Source: an uncultured Gammaproteobacteria bacterium (lineage in GTDB: Bacteria > Patescibacteriota > Microgenomatia > CAYQLK01). Taken from it: DNA of 41,075 nt. A model generated the notes under the pieces. That model saw only the letters and a list, made by a program, of their open reading frames with translations, had not been told where the DNA came from and searched no databases. Positions 1 to 6,367 of this stretch are shown piece after piece (position 1 is the first letter of the stretch; every line of letters begins with the position of its first letter). The stretch lies in the NCBI GenBank assembly GCA_964426075.1, contig CAYROP010000003.1, positions 1-41,075 of the forward strand, written 5' to 3'. The position numbers and the translations under genes were made by a program.

Positions 1-132
1 ATGATATTTTTATGTGGGATTCTGTAGTTAAAATTAGTTTTGAAACGTCAGCACTAGCAAACAAATTAAATTCAAAATAGTCTTTTCATAAATAAAGATC
101 TACGATTATGCTTTCTTCGCGCGTTCTGCGCG

Positions 133-160
133 AAAAAATTGCCCGCTATTGCTAGCGGGC
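133..160 (-). terminator. intrinsic terminator of the minus-strand zinc-knuckle operon
   Basis: Perfect 8-bp stem GCCCGCTA/TAGCGGGC (141-160), followed on the minus strand by AATTTTTT (133-140). It starts 9 nt after the stop codon at 169-171. Confidence 0.7.
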
Positions 161-168
161 GTGTGAAC

Positions 169-360
169 TTAGGTTTGTCGTGGACAGCCGAGCAGATGGT
201 GAGTCGTGCTTTGGCAGGTGGGGCAGGGGTCGTTAGGACGACCGCCTTTTGCGTACTTTTTGCGATTTTCCTCTTTCTGCGCGTAGAGTTTGCCGAGAGC
301 AGCAAAGAGTGGATCGAGCAAAGCTTCGTCATCAGATGACTCTTTGGACTGCGTCGGCAT
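169..360 (-). CDS. small CCHC zinc-knuckle protein, paralog 3 of 3
   Basis: C-terminus CPTCQSTTHHLLGC fits CX2CX5HX3C, as in the two upstream ORFs. AQKEENRKK resembles AQMRENHKR of ORF 553-765. A terminator follows directly. The start is ambiguous (ATG 360 or TTG 429). Confidence 0.5.
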   Translation of the reverse strand: MPTQSKESSDDEALLDPLFAALGKLYAQKEENRKKYAKGGRPNDPCPTCQSTTHHLLGCPRQT

Positions 361-368
361 TTGGACTT

Positions 369-560
369 TTAGGTATCCATCGCCAAACAGTCCTGGGTGT
401 GCCAGAAGCAGCCGCCGCAGGCTTTGCAAGCCGAGCCACGGATGAGGCGAGTGCCGATACGGATGCCGAGATCGGTTGTTCTAGTGGGCTGAGGAGGTGG
501 CGGGGGTGTTGAGCTGCCGTTGATTGGGGTCATGATGGACTTGTGCTCCTTTTTACTCAT
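369..560 (-). CDS. small CCHC zinc-knuckle protein, paralog 2 of 3
   Basis: C-terminus CKACGGCFWHTQDC fits CX2CX5HX3C. The ATG overlaps the stop of the upstream ORF by 8 nt (ATGAGTAA), which suggests translational coupling. Confidence 0.5.
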   Translation of the reverse strand: MSKKEHKSIMTPINGSSTPPPPPQPTRTTDLGIRIGTRLIRGSACKACGGCFWHTQDCLAMDT

Positions 561-765
561 CGTATTTGCAGTCGGATGGATGGTAGTAACTCTGCCCGCA
601 TGACGGACAGGGAATGATTTTGTCTACTTCTCCTCGGTCCAGTCGCTTGTGGTTTTCGCGCATTTGAGCGTTGACTCGGTCGCGCTCGACGATGTGGTGA
701 GCCGCTGCAGGCGACACAGTGAGGTTTTGGAATGGGCTCGGTGGCTGATTGCCGAATAGGCTCAT
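553..765 (-). CDS. small CCHC zinc-knuckle protein, paralog 1 of 3
   Basis: AGGAG SD (776-780, minus strand) lies 10 nt before ATG 765. C-terminus CPSCGQSYYHPSDC fits CX2CX5HX3C. Confidence 0.6.
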   Translation of the reverse strand: MSLFGNQPPSPFQNLTVSPAAAHHIVERDRVNAQMRENHKRLDRGEVDKIIPCPSCGQSYYHPSDCKYDE

Positions 766-799
766 GTCTAAAAGACTCCTAATGTTAAGTTACTGGTTA

Positions 800-808
800 A
801 TTATATCA
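800..808 (-). promoter_or_regulatory. extended -10 promoter (TGATATAAT) for the minus-strand operon
   Basis: The reverse complement of ATTATATCA is TGnTATAAT. It lies back to back with the first plus-strand cassette promoter. Confidence 0.45.
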
Positions 809-826
809 TTTTTCGACAAATATAGG

Positions 827-865
827 CCCGTAGTAATTGATTTTAATGCTTAAATATTGTATAAT
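827..865 (+). promoter_or_regulatory. cassette promoter module type I (box CCCGTAGTAA + TTGATT-N17-TATAAT)
   Basis: Box at 827-836, -35 at 837-842, 17-nt spacer, -10 at 860-865. Confidence 0.6.
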
Positions 866-897
866 TTTGGGTTAGTACCCTAAAACGGAGGATTAGC

Positions 898-1164
898 TTG
901 CCCGATAATGATCCCGTCGTCTACTATGTAATCAAGCATTGCGGCGACTGCGACATGATCACTTTCCATGGTACTGCTGAAAAGCGTGACAAGGAAACGA
1001 ATGAGTGGAAGGCCAGATTCTCTGCCTCCCGATCTTTTTGGGTCAACGACTCGGGCCAAATGCCGTTGTCCGAAGCCATCGAATGGTACGAGGACTACTT
1101 CCCGAAGTACGGTGGCATGAACGACCCGCGAACCGTTGTCGAACAGGCTGTCAGCGCAAGCTAA
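898..1164 (+). CDS. hypothetical small protein, family A (copy 1 of 3)
   Basis: GGAGG SD lies 7 nt before the TTG start. Codons are GC3-rich. It shares VVYY, T-x-E/S-x-RD, LSEAIEWYE and NDPR motifs with ORFs 2099 and 3588. Confidence 0.7.
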   Translation: MPDNDPVVYYVIKHCGDCDMITFHGTAEKRDKETNEWKARFSASRSFWVNDSGQMPLSEAIEWYEDYFPKYGGMNDPRTVVEQAVSAS

Positions 1165-1178
1165 CATCCCCAGAACAT

Positions 1179-1208
1179 ATGCGTCTCTACAAAGAGGCGC
1201 ATTTTTTT
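1179..1208 (+). terminator. intrinsic terminator
   Basis: Stem ATGCGTCTCT, loop ACAA, stem AGAGGCGCAT, then T7. Confidence 0.75.
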
Positions 1209-1218
1209 GTCAAAATAA

Positions 1219-1257
1219 CCTGTAGTAATTGACTTTTGAGGCTAAAAATGGTATAAT
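1219..1257 (+). promoter_or_regulatory. cassette promoter module type I (box CCTGTAGTAA + TTGACT-N17-TATAAT, with TGn)
   Basis: Box at 1219-1228, -35 at 1229-1234, 17-nt spacer ending TGG, -10 at 1252-1257. Confidence 0.65.
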
Positions 1258-1317
1258 CAGGGGTAATAGTGGGGTGTGAAAGCCCTTACTAAATATGCAC
1301 TTTCAAAGAGGTGAAGT

Positions 1318-1842
1318 TTGGTTAAGTCTCTGTTTGTGCGGGCGCTTGGTGCCTACGCCGTCCTGGTCGCCGCGATTGTGGCCTTCCTCTGGTTTACCAG
1401 AGAGAAGATCGTCAGTTTCGATCTCGATTGTCTCGAGCTGGACAACTGGGAACACAGGGGTCGTACCTGGTTCTACACCGAGTTCCAATCTGCTGCCGAC
1501 AAGGCAGGAATCCCCGCAAGGCTCTCCCAGTCGATATACCGTGTCAACATCGGGGAGAAGAACGAGTTCGTCGGTGTCGAGCTACTTGGTTCGGATGCAG
1601 ATCAAGGCAGTCTTGCAGTAAAGGAGATCTTTGTCTCCTATCTCTGCGAGACTGGCTGGGAACAGATTGTTCCGACCAAGCAAGGCTACGGCTCGCATGG
1701 TGAGCGCGAGGTTTGGTATTTCCAGACCGAGCATCTCCTTGCGCTCGGCAACAGTCCGGCGGTGTTCGTCGTCAACTTCGGTCGCAAGCTGAAGCATGTC
1801 GAACCGACGATGCCTACCCGACCCCGCCTCAATTTCGTCTAA
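1318..1842 (+). CDS. hypothetical protein, family C, N-terminal TM helix
   Basis: AGAGGTG SD and TTG start. Motifs TWFYTEFQSAADKA, EIFVSYLCETGWE and VFVVNFG are shared with ORFs 4579 and 2645. Confidence 0.7.
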   Translation: MVKSLFVRALGAYAVLVAAIVAFLWFTREKIVSFDLDCLELDNWEHRGRTWFYTEFQSAADKAGIPARLSQSIYRVNIGEKNEFVGVELLGSDADQGSLAVKEIFVSYLCETGWEQIVPTKQGYGSHGEREVWYFQTEHLLALGNSPAVFVVNFGRKLKHVEPTMPTRPRLNFV

Positions 1843-1865
1843 CTCCAAGACGAACCTCTTTCCTT

Positions 1866-1896
1866 AGCCCTCCCTTAAACAAGGAGGGCTTTTTTT
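1866..1896 (+). terminator. intrinsic terminator
   Basis: Stem AGCCCTCCCTT, loop AAAC, stem AAGGAGGGCT, then T7. Confidence 0.75.
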
Positions 1897-2017
1897 GAGT
1901 CTCGAGACAAACCTACGGTTTTTCTCGAGGCCTCTTGGCAAAGCCAAGTTTTGCAAGCAAAAACGGCCGACTCTTTTCCCTTGGAAACAGAGGCTAGAAT
2001 ACCACCTTTCTTTCTAT

Positions 2018-2058
2018 CCTGTAGTAATCTTGTTTTTTAAGAATAAATAGTGTAGAAT
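2018..2058 (+). promoter_or_regulatory. cassette promoter (box CCTGTAGTAA, then TTGTTT-N17-TAGAAT)
   Basis: Box at 2018-2027, -35-like at 2030-2035, -10 at 2053-2058. Confidence 0.5.
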
Positions 2059-2098
2059 TTCCGCCTCAGCTTTTTGAGGCTTAGGGAGGTTTACGGAA

Positions 2099-2386
2099 AT
2101 GTCCAACATCGATACCGACACCGTGATCCACTACCTGCACACGCAGGAAGCACCCGACTGGTACAAGGTTTCGTTCTTCCGCACAGCGTCGGAGCGTGAC
2201 GACCAGGCAGACAAGTGGCGGCTTTCGCACATCAAGTCCGGTTTCGGTCGTCCCGAGACTGGAGAGATCTGCCTCTACCGCGCCATCGAATGGCACGAGA
2301 ACGAGCACTGCCCCAACTGCGTGGTCGACGACCCAAGGTCGTTGTTCCCGAGTTCGTACCCGACTCGTGAGCTGGCATATGCGTAG
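2099..2386 (+). CDS. hypothetical small protein, family A (copy 2 of 3)
   Basis: GGGAGG SD and ATG start. Motifs VIHY, FFRTASERD, YRAIEWHE and DDPR align with ORFs 898 and 3588. Confidence 0.7.
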   Translation: MSNIDTDTVIHYLHTQEAPDWYKVSFFRTASERDDQADKWRLSHIKSGFGRPETGEICLYRAIEWHENEHCPNCVVDDPRSLFPSSYPTRELAYA

Positions 2387-2421
2387 GTCTGCCTAAGGCC
2401 TCGTATCAACAAGTCCGCATC

Positions 2422-2452
2422 GCCCTCTGTAGAATTACAGGGGGCTTTTTTT
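2422..2452 (+). terminator. intrinsic terminator
   Basis: Stem GCCCTCTGT, loop AGAATT, stem ACAGGGGGC, then T7. Confidence 0.75.
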
Positions 2453-2568
2453 GGGTTTCAGTTTTTTAATCTTATAATTACTCGCCAAAACTTTTTCAAA
2501 AACTGCCTCCGACATTTTTGTGCAATATTTTGGCTACGTCTTGCAGAATAGTTTGTTTAACAAACTAT

Positions 2569-2606
2569 CCTGTAGTATTTACTTCTGAAGCTAAATGTGA
2601 TAAGAT
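2569..2606 (+). promoter_or_regulatory. cassette promoter module type I, degenerate (box CCTGTAGTAT, TTTACT-N17-TAAGAT with TGn)
   Basis: Box at 2569-2578. The spacer CTTCTGAAGCTAAATG resembles the spacer of the 1219 module. -10 at 2601-2606. Confidence 0.5.
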
Positions 2607-2644
2607 GGCTGCCAGAACTTTAACGAGATAAGGAGCCCAAGTTT

Positions 2645-3106
2645 GTGGCTGTTGTTATTGACATCCCGTTCTCTCAGCTTCGTGACCTTAATTGGTCCGA
2701 GCTGGAGTTGGATGAACTACAAAGGGTCTTTTCGGAGGCCTGCGACGAACTCCTCAAGCCTCACGGTTTGAGAGTCAGGACTACTTTTGTCCGTCACCCA
2801 ATGGGAGACGGGGACAAGTGGTTCATGGCGGTTCATTTCGCCAACGAAACCGAACGCAAGAGTGCTCTCCTTCGGGAGATGTCGTTTTTCTACCTCAACG
2901 ATCGTGGTATGGAGGACAAGCTCGAGTGGATTCCAGCTCGACGCGCTGACCTTAAGTCTGCTGCTCCGTCGATGGTGTCAACCTTTTCGTATGGACGGCT
3001 CGCCAGAATCAGTGGCCAGATCTTGTTTCTTCGGCTCGACTTCGGTCCGGAGATCAAGTACGGCCTTCGTGAGGGCAAGCGCGGTACTGCTCTCCAGTCC
3101 TTGTAG
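2645..3106 (+). CDS. hypothetical protein, family C
   Basis: AAGGAG SD and GTG start. EMSFFYLNDRGMEDKLEWIP and ILFLRLDFGPE align with ORFs 1318 and 4579. Confidence 0.7.
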   Translation: MAVVIDIPFSQLRDLNWSELELDELQRVFSEACDELLKPHGLRVRTTFVRHPMGDGDKWFMAVHFANETERKSALLREMSFFYLNDRGMEDKLEWIPARRADLKSAAPSMVSTFSYGRLARISGQILFLRLDFGPEIKYGLREGKRGTALQSL

Positions 3107-3129
3107 ATCACCAGAACCAAGGAGTACGG

Positions 3130-3465
3130 ATGACCTTCAGTTTCGAGAGGGATGCGACTAAAATCGCAAAGCCCAAGAAGAAGGCCAAAAGCCAGAAGCG
3201 GCCCTGTTATCACTGCGTACGCTTGACGGCGCGGATTCAGGAGCTGTTCGACGGTCGCAAGGTTCACTTGTGTGGTCGGTGCTGGGCGGAGAATTTTACC
3301 GAACAGCAGAAGACGCGCATTATCAGTGCGAGCGAAGCCCGCGAGACCATCGCTTCTCGTAGCCGTGAACATGCTCGTTTCGGTAATCACGGACTGCAAA
3401 GTGTTCGTGGTTCACGGCCGCATATAGTGTCTGGCGGTTTGCCTTCCTTGGGCAAGCGCCGCTAA
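3130..3465 (+). CDS. basic zinc-ribbon protein (CYHC...CGRC), second gene of a bicistronic cassette
   Basis: AAGGAG SD lies 5 nt before the ATG. Lys-rich N-terminus KIAKPKKKAKSQKRP, then CxxC-N17-CxxC. No terminator separates it from ORF 2645. Confidence 0.65.
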   Translation: MTFSFERDATKIAKPKKKAKSQKRPCYHCVRLTARIQELFDGRKVHLCGRCWAENFTEQQKTRIISASEARETIASRSREHARFGNHGLQSVRGSRPHIVSGGLPSLGKRR

Positions 3466-3481
3466 AGGCTCTTTTTCCTTT

Positions 3482-3518
3482 GCCTCCTCAAAACCAATAG
3501 GTTAGAGGGGGCTTTTTT
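3482..3518 (+). terminator. intrinsic terminator
   Basis: Stem GCCTCCTC, 15-nt loop, stem GAGGGGGC, then T6. Confidence 0.6.
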
Positions 3519-3524
3519 ATTAGT

Positions 3525-3553
3525 TTGATATTTGGTTTGAGGAGGAATAGAAT
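3525..3553 (+). promoter_or_regulatory. cassette promoter TTGATA-N17-TAGAAT (no box)
   Basis: -35 at 3525-3530, -10 at 3548-3553. Confidence 0.5.
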
Positions 3554-3587
3554 ACTCTGTCTAGAACATTGACGAGGAGAGATTTAG

Positions 3588-3875
3588 TTGGCTGAGTCTA
3601 ACCCAATGGTGTATTACTACACCACGATCATTACTGGAAAGGGTCATTCGACGACCTTTTTCGCAACGCCAGAGGAGCGTGATGAAGCCGCTTCTGATTT
3701 CCGCAACCGTTATTTCATGTCGTCGGCGGCTTCGGTTTCGGCCGAGAGTGAGATGGTGTTGTCCGAAGCGGTTCGGTGGTACGAGAAACATCGTGGCGAT
3801 GACGAGAACATGAACGACCCTCGAGCTCTGTTCTCTGACTGCAAACTCCGGGAGGCGGTTGTCTCCGGAGCCTGA
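3588..3875 (+). CDS. hypothetical small protein, family A (copy 3 of 3)
   Basis: GAGGAG SD and TTG start. Motifs MVYYY, FFATPEERD, LSEAVRWYE and NDPR. Confidence 0.7.
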   Translation: MAESNPMVYYYTTIITGKGHSTTFFATPEERDEAASDFRNRYFMSSAASVSAESEMVLSEAVRWYEKHRGDDENMNDPRALFSDCKLREAVVSGA

Positions 3876-3892
3876 AAAGGCGAACTCAATAT

Positions 3893-3925
3893 AGGCACTT
3901 ACACTAGTTGTAGGTGCCTTTTTTT
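3893..3925 (+). terminator. intrinsic terminator
   Basis: Stem AGGCAC ... GTGCCT with a 15-nt loop, then T7. Confidence 0.6.
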
Positions 3926-3937
3926 ATTTGAAAAAGT

Positions 3938-3966
3938 TTGCAAAAATTATCCTAGAGTAATAAAAT
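3938..3966 (+). promoter_or_regulatory. cassette promoter module type II (TTGCAA-N17-TAAAAT, box CCTAGAGTAA in the spacer)
   Basis: -35 at 3938-3943, box at 3951-3960, -10 at 3961-3966. Confidence 0.5.
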
Positions 3967-4007
3967 AGACTTTCAGATTTTGATTTAACAAAACAGAGGA
4001 AAGGATC

Positions 4008-4460
4008 GTGTCTTTGTTCAAGGACATAGTAGTTAGTCTGAAGCCGTGGGTGGTGTTTACTAACGCACGGTATCAGTTCGGACGCGAGCTCGATATTTCT
4101 GGATTGGAGGAATGGATAAGGGATGCATTCTGGTGGCAGAGCCCTGAGATTGTTTGGAGTATTGCTACCACCTCTGATTCGGTAACAATCGAAGTTCCGA
4201 AAACCTGGCTTTCGATTCGGCTTAGGCCGGTGATCGCTAGTTTTGGAGATGATCGATTTTGTCTGATCGACGGCTATGTTGTCGAGGACAGAATGTTCCG
4301 TTTTCGGCTTCCGCAAGGCAAGCAACTCGAACGAATCGCTAACCTTGAAGAACCAGAGATGAGGTTGCGATTTGTCGAGGACCAACACGCCATGGTAATT
4401 CCGGAGTTGATGGCAAGATTGCCAAAGATTTCGGAAGCCGAACCTGGGCACCCATATTAA
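4008..4460 (+). CDS. hypothetical protein (150 aa, Trp-rich, beta-type pattern)
   Basis: GAGGAAAGGA SD and GTG start. Codons are GC3-rich. The terminator overlaps the stop codon. Confidence 0.6.
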   Translation: MSLFKDIVVSLKPWVVFTNARYQFGRELDISGLEEWIRDAFWWQSPEIVWSIATTSDSVTIEVPKTWLSIRLRPVIASFGDDRFCLIDGYVVEDRMFRFRLPQGKQLERIANLEEPEMRLRFVEDQHAMVIPELMARLPKISEAEPGHPY

Positions 4461-4480
4461 ACTGTGGGTGCCTTTTTTTT
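4446..4480 (+). terminator. intrinsic terminator
   Basis: Stem GGCACCCA ... TGGGTGCC, then T8. Confidence 0.75.
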
Positions 4481-4505
4481 GATTACCTAGGTTTGAGCAA
4501 ATTAT

Positions 4506-4544
4506 CCCGTAGTGTTTGATTTGTGCTTAAAAAAATAATATAAT
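4506..4544 (+). promoter_or_regulatory. cassette promoter module type I (box CCCGTAGTGT + TTGATT-N17-TATAAT)
   Basis: Box at 4506-4515, -35 at 4516-4521, -10 at 4539-4544. Confidence 0.6.
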
Positions 4545-4578
4545 TACCGCTTGAACTTTAAGTGGCGAGGGTAAAAGT

Positions 4579-5142
4579 TTGACTGTCTTGGTTACGGTCC
4601 CATTGGGTGATCGTGAGCTTGGCTGGGGGTACGCGGACCGTGTATGGTTCTCGGACAAATTCCGCCAAGCGGCTCGGGAAGCTGATGTCGAGGTCATGCT
4701 TGCACGAGATCTTTTTCAGCCCGTGGTAGGTACCGATAGCGAGTACCTTCACATCAAGTTCGCCCATTTTTACGGCGAAAGATCCTTTCCCATCGTTGAG
4801 CGGCTGTTTATCAGCTACACCGACGAAGAGGGGGTTGAGCGGAAGCTTTTTCCCCGAGTTGCGGATCGAGATCATGGATCCGGTCATCACGCTATTTCGT
4901 GGGTTTTTTCTACAAAAGACCTGCACAGAGCTGGTGGGCGATTCAACAAGTTCGTCGTCGACTTTGGAGACGAGCTGTGCTTTGTTCCGGTTTCCAAAAG
5001 GATGCCGAGGCCGAGCAAGTTCAAGCTTCTGATTGTCGGCTTTGTTGCTGCCGTCGTTTCTCTTCTTTTCACTGAGAGGGTCAAGAAGCGTTCGGGAAAA
5101 GGCAAGAGCAGGCAAAATGTTCGGACTGTGAAGGACGAGTGA
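4579..5142 (+). CDS. hypothetical protein, family C, C-terminal TM anchor and basic tail
   Basis: TTG start. RVWFSDKFRQAAREA, RLFISYTDEEGVE and KFVVDFGDE align with ORF 1318. The TM segment is FKLLIVGFVAAVVSLLF. Confidence 0.7.
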   Translation: MTVLVTVPLGDRELGWGYADRVWFSDKFRQAAREADVEVMLARDLFQPVVGTDSEYLHIKFAHFYGERSFPIVERLFISYTDEEGVERKLFPRVADRDHGSGHHAISWVFSTKDLHRAGGRFNKFVVDFGDELCFVPVSKRMPRPSKFKLLIVGFVAAVVSLLFTERVKKRSGKGKSRQNVRTVKDE

Positions 5143-5168
5143 TGTTTATTAGCAGCTGAAAAACTAAC

Positions 5169-5205
5169 GGCACTCCTAGATTTTATTTAGGGGTGCCTTT
5201 TTTTT
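5169..5205 (+). terminator. intrinsic terminator
   Basis: Stem GGCACTCCTA ... TAGGGGTGCC, then T8. Confidence 0.75.
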
Positions 5206-5212
5206 AACTCTA

Positions 5213-5241
5213 TTGTAATAAATGACCTAGAGTATTAGAAT
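5213..5241 (+). promoter_or_regulatory. cassette promoter module type II (TTGTAA-N17-TAGAAT, box CCTAGAGTAT)
   Basis: The 16-mer CCTAGAGTATTAGAAT (5226-5241) is identical to 6313-6328. Confidence 0.55.
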
Positions 5242-5301
5242 TCTTTTAATTCTGGTCGGTTATATCCTATTCCAATAGGAAGAAAGAAGAAGGTTAGGAG
5301 T

Positions 5302-5682
5302 ATGTCAGGCCTAGAGTTTGACATGGATGTCCACGAGCTGTCTGAAGTGTTGGAGAGCGGAGACGATCTGGTGTTTTGGTTGAACTTGAGGTTTGACCAC
5401 AACAATCGGTATCTTGCAGCCAGAGGTGTGGTTGGGGGACAAGTGACACTTGTTCCTGATCCAATAAACCATGGCAAACGGAAGCTGACTTTTGCGTTTC
5501 CGAGGCTCAACAAGTCGATTTTTCGACTGTCACTCGAGTCTTCTCGCAAGAACACATCAGTTCAGGCCAACTATCGTTTCGTCGACGGGACCGATAAGCC
5601 GTTCCGGTTCTCATTCGACTGGGATGAGTTTGTTACCGCACTGCAACCAGACGCTGTTTTGCGATTCAAGCTTCATCCATGA
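5302..5682 (+). CDS. hypothetical protein (126 aa, beta-type pattern)
   Basis: Purine-rich SD region, ATG start, GC3-rich codons, own terminator. Confidence 0.6.
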   Translation: MSGLEFDMDVHELSEVLESGDDLVFWLNLRFDHNNRYLAARGVVGGQVTLVPDPINHGKRKLTFAFPRLNKSIFRLSLESSRKNTSVQANYRFVDGTDKPFRFSFDWDEFVTALQPDAVLRFKLHP

Positions 5683-5704
5683 TCGGAGCAAGAATGGCTA
5701 GATC

Positions 5705-5733
5705 GCCCCCGAGTAATATCGGGGGCTTTTTTT
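5705..5733 (+). terminator. intrinsic terminator
   Basis: Stem GCCCCCGA, loop GTAATA, stem TCGGGGGC, then T7. Confidence 0.8.
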
Positions 5734-5741
5734 GAGGTTTT

Positions 5742-5770
5742 TTGGTGTACAATAATTGACTAAGTAGAGT
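5742..5770 (+). promoter_or_regulatory. possible cassette promoter TTGGTG-N17-TAGAGT
   Basis: Weak match. The alternative is -10 TACAAT at 5748-5753. The sequence CTAAGTAGAGT is box-like. Confidence 0.3.
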
Positions 5771-5794
5771 TGCGGATCAAAAAACTTTGGTGGG

Positions 5795-6220
5795 TTGGTG
5801 ATGTATCTTCAGGTCATGACTCACTCGTTCGAGCGAGCATTTGTCGAGGGAGAGTTCGAGCTTCGTGGTAAGCTTGTTGAGAGCTTGCTTGCGGGTCATC
5901 TCAACAAAACATTAAGGCGTTCTGGTCTTTATGTCGTTGGGTGTTGTTTTGACAACTCTGACGCTGTTGAACAGTTAACGCTGACTATCCTTGACTGTGA
6001 AGGTCGAGGCGTAAAAATGTCAGAGGCTAAACTGGTCTTTGATGTCGACCCAAACAAGCCGTTTTTTGCGGTGCTAGGTAGGAAGGTTGGATGCGGAATT
6101 TACCAATTCCACATTATGCCTTATCACCAGCCATCTGTTCAAAACTTTTGCAGGCTCGTTTTTGAGTTTGTGCTTCCCGAATCAAGCGAGGCATTAAATG
6201 AGATGGGCGAGCCAAAGTAA
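5795..6220 (+). CDS. hypothetical protein (about 140 aa)
   Basis: TTG 5795, GVG-adjacent GTG 5798 and ATG 5801 are consecutive possible starts, with a weak SD. Codons are GC3-rich and the ORF has its own terminator. Confidence 0.5.
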   Translation: MVMYLQVMTHSFERAFVEGEFELRGKLVESLLAGHLNKTLRRSGLYVVGCCFDNSDAVEQLTLTILDCEGRGVKMSEAKLVFDVDPNKPFFAVLGRKVGCGIYQFHIMPYHQPSVQNFCRLVFEFVLPESSEALNEMGEPK

Positions 6221-6260
6221 TGGTTGTAGCATAATCAAAAATGCTTCGGCTAGTCACATA

Positions 6261-6292
6261 AGACACCTTTTGAGGAAGAGGTGTCTTTTTTT
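6261..6292 (+). terminator. intrinsic terminator
   Basis: Stem AGACACCT ... AGGTGTCT with a 10-nt loop, then T7. Confidence 0.75.
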
Positions 6293-6299
6293 CATCTTA

Positions 6300-6328
6300 T
6301 AGACAAATTAGGCCTAGAGTATTAGAAT
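6300..6328 (+). promoter_or_regulatory. cassette promoter module type II (TAGACA-N17-TAGAAT, box CCTAGAGTAT)
   Basis: Box at 6313-6322, -10 at 6323-6328. Confidence 0.55.
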
Positions 6329-6367
6329 TGCATTCAGCACATTTGCAAAAAAAGCGAGGAATATCTG

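Noticed and set aside
72-512. Alternative overlapping ORFs: 72-332 (minus), 139-339 (plus) and 249-512 (plus).
   Set aside because: They have no SD and no paralog support. The competing minus-strand frames carry the thrice-repeated CX2CX5HX3C motif and end at a clean terminator.
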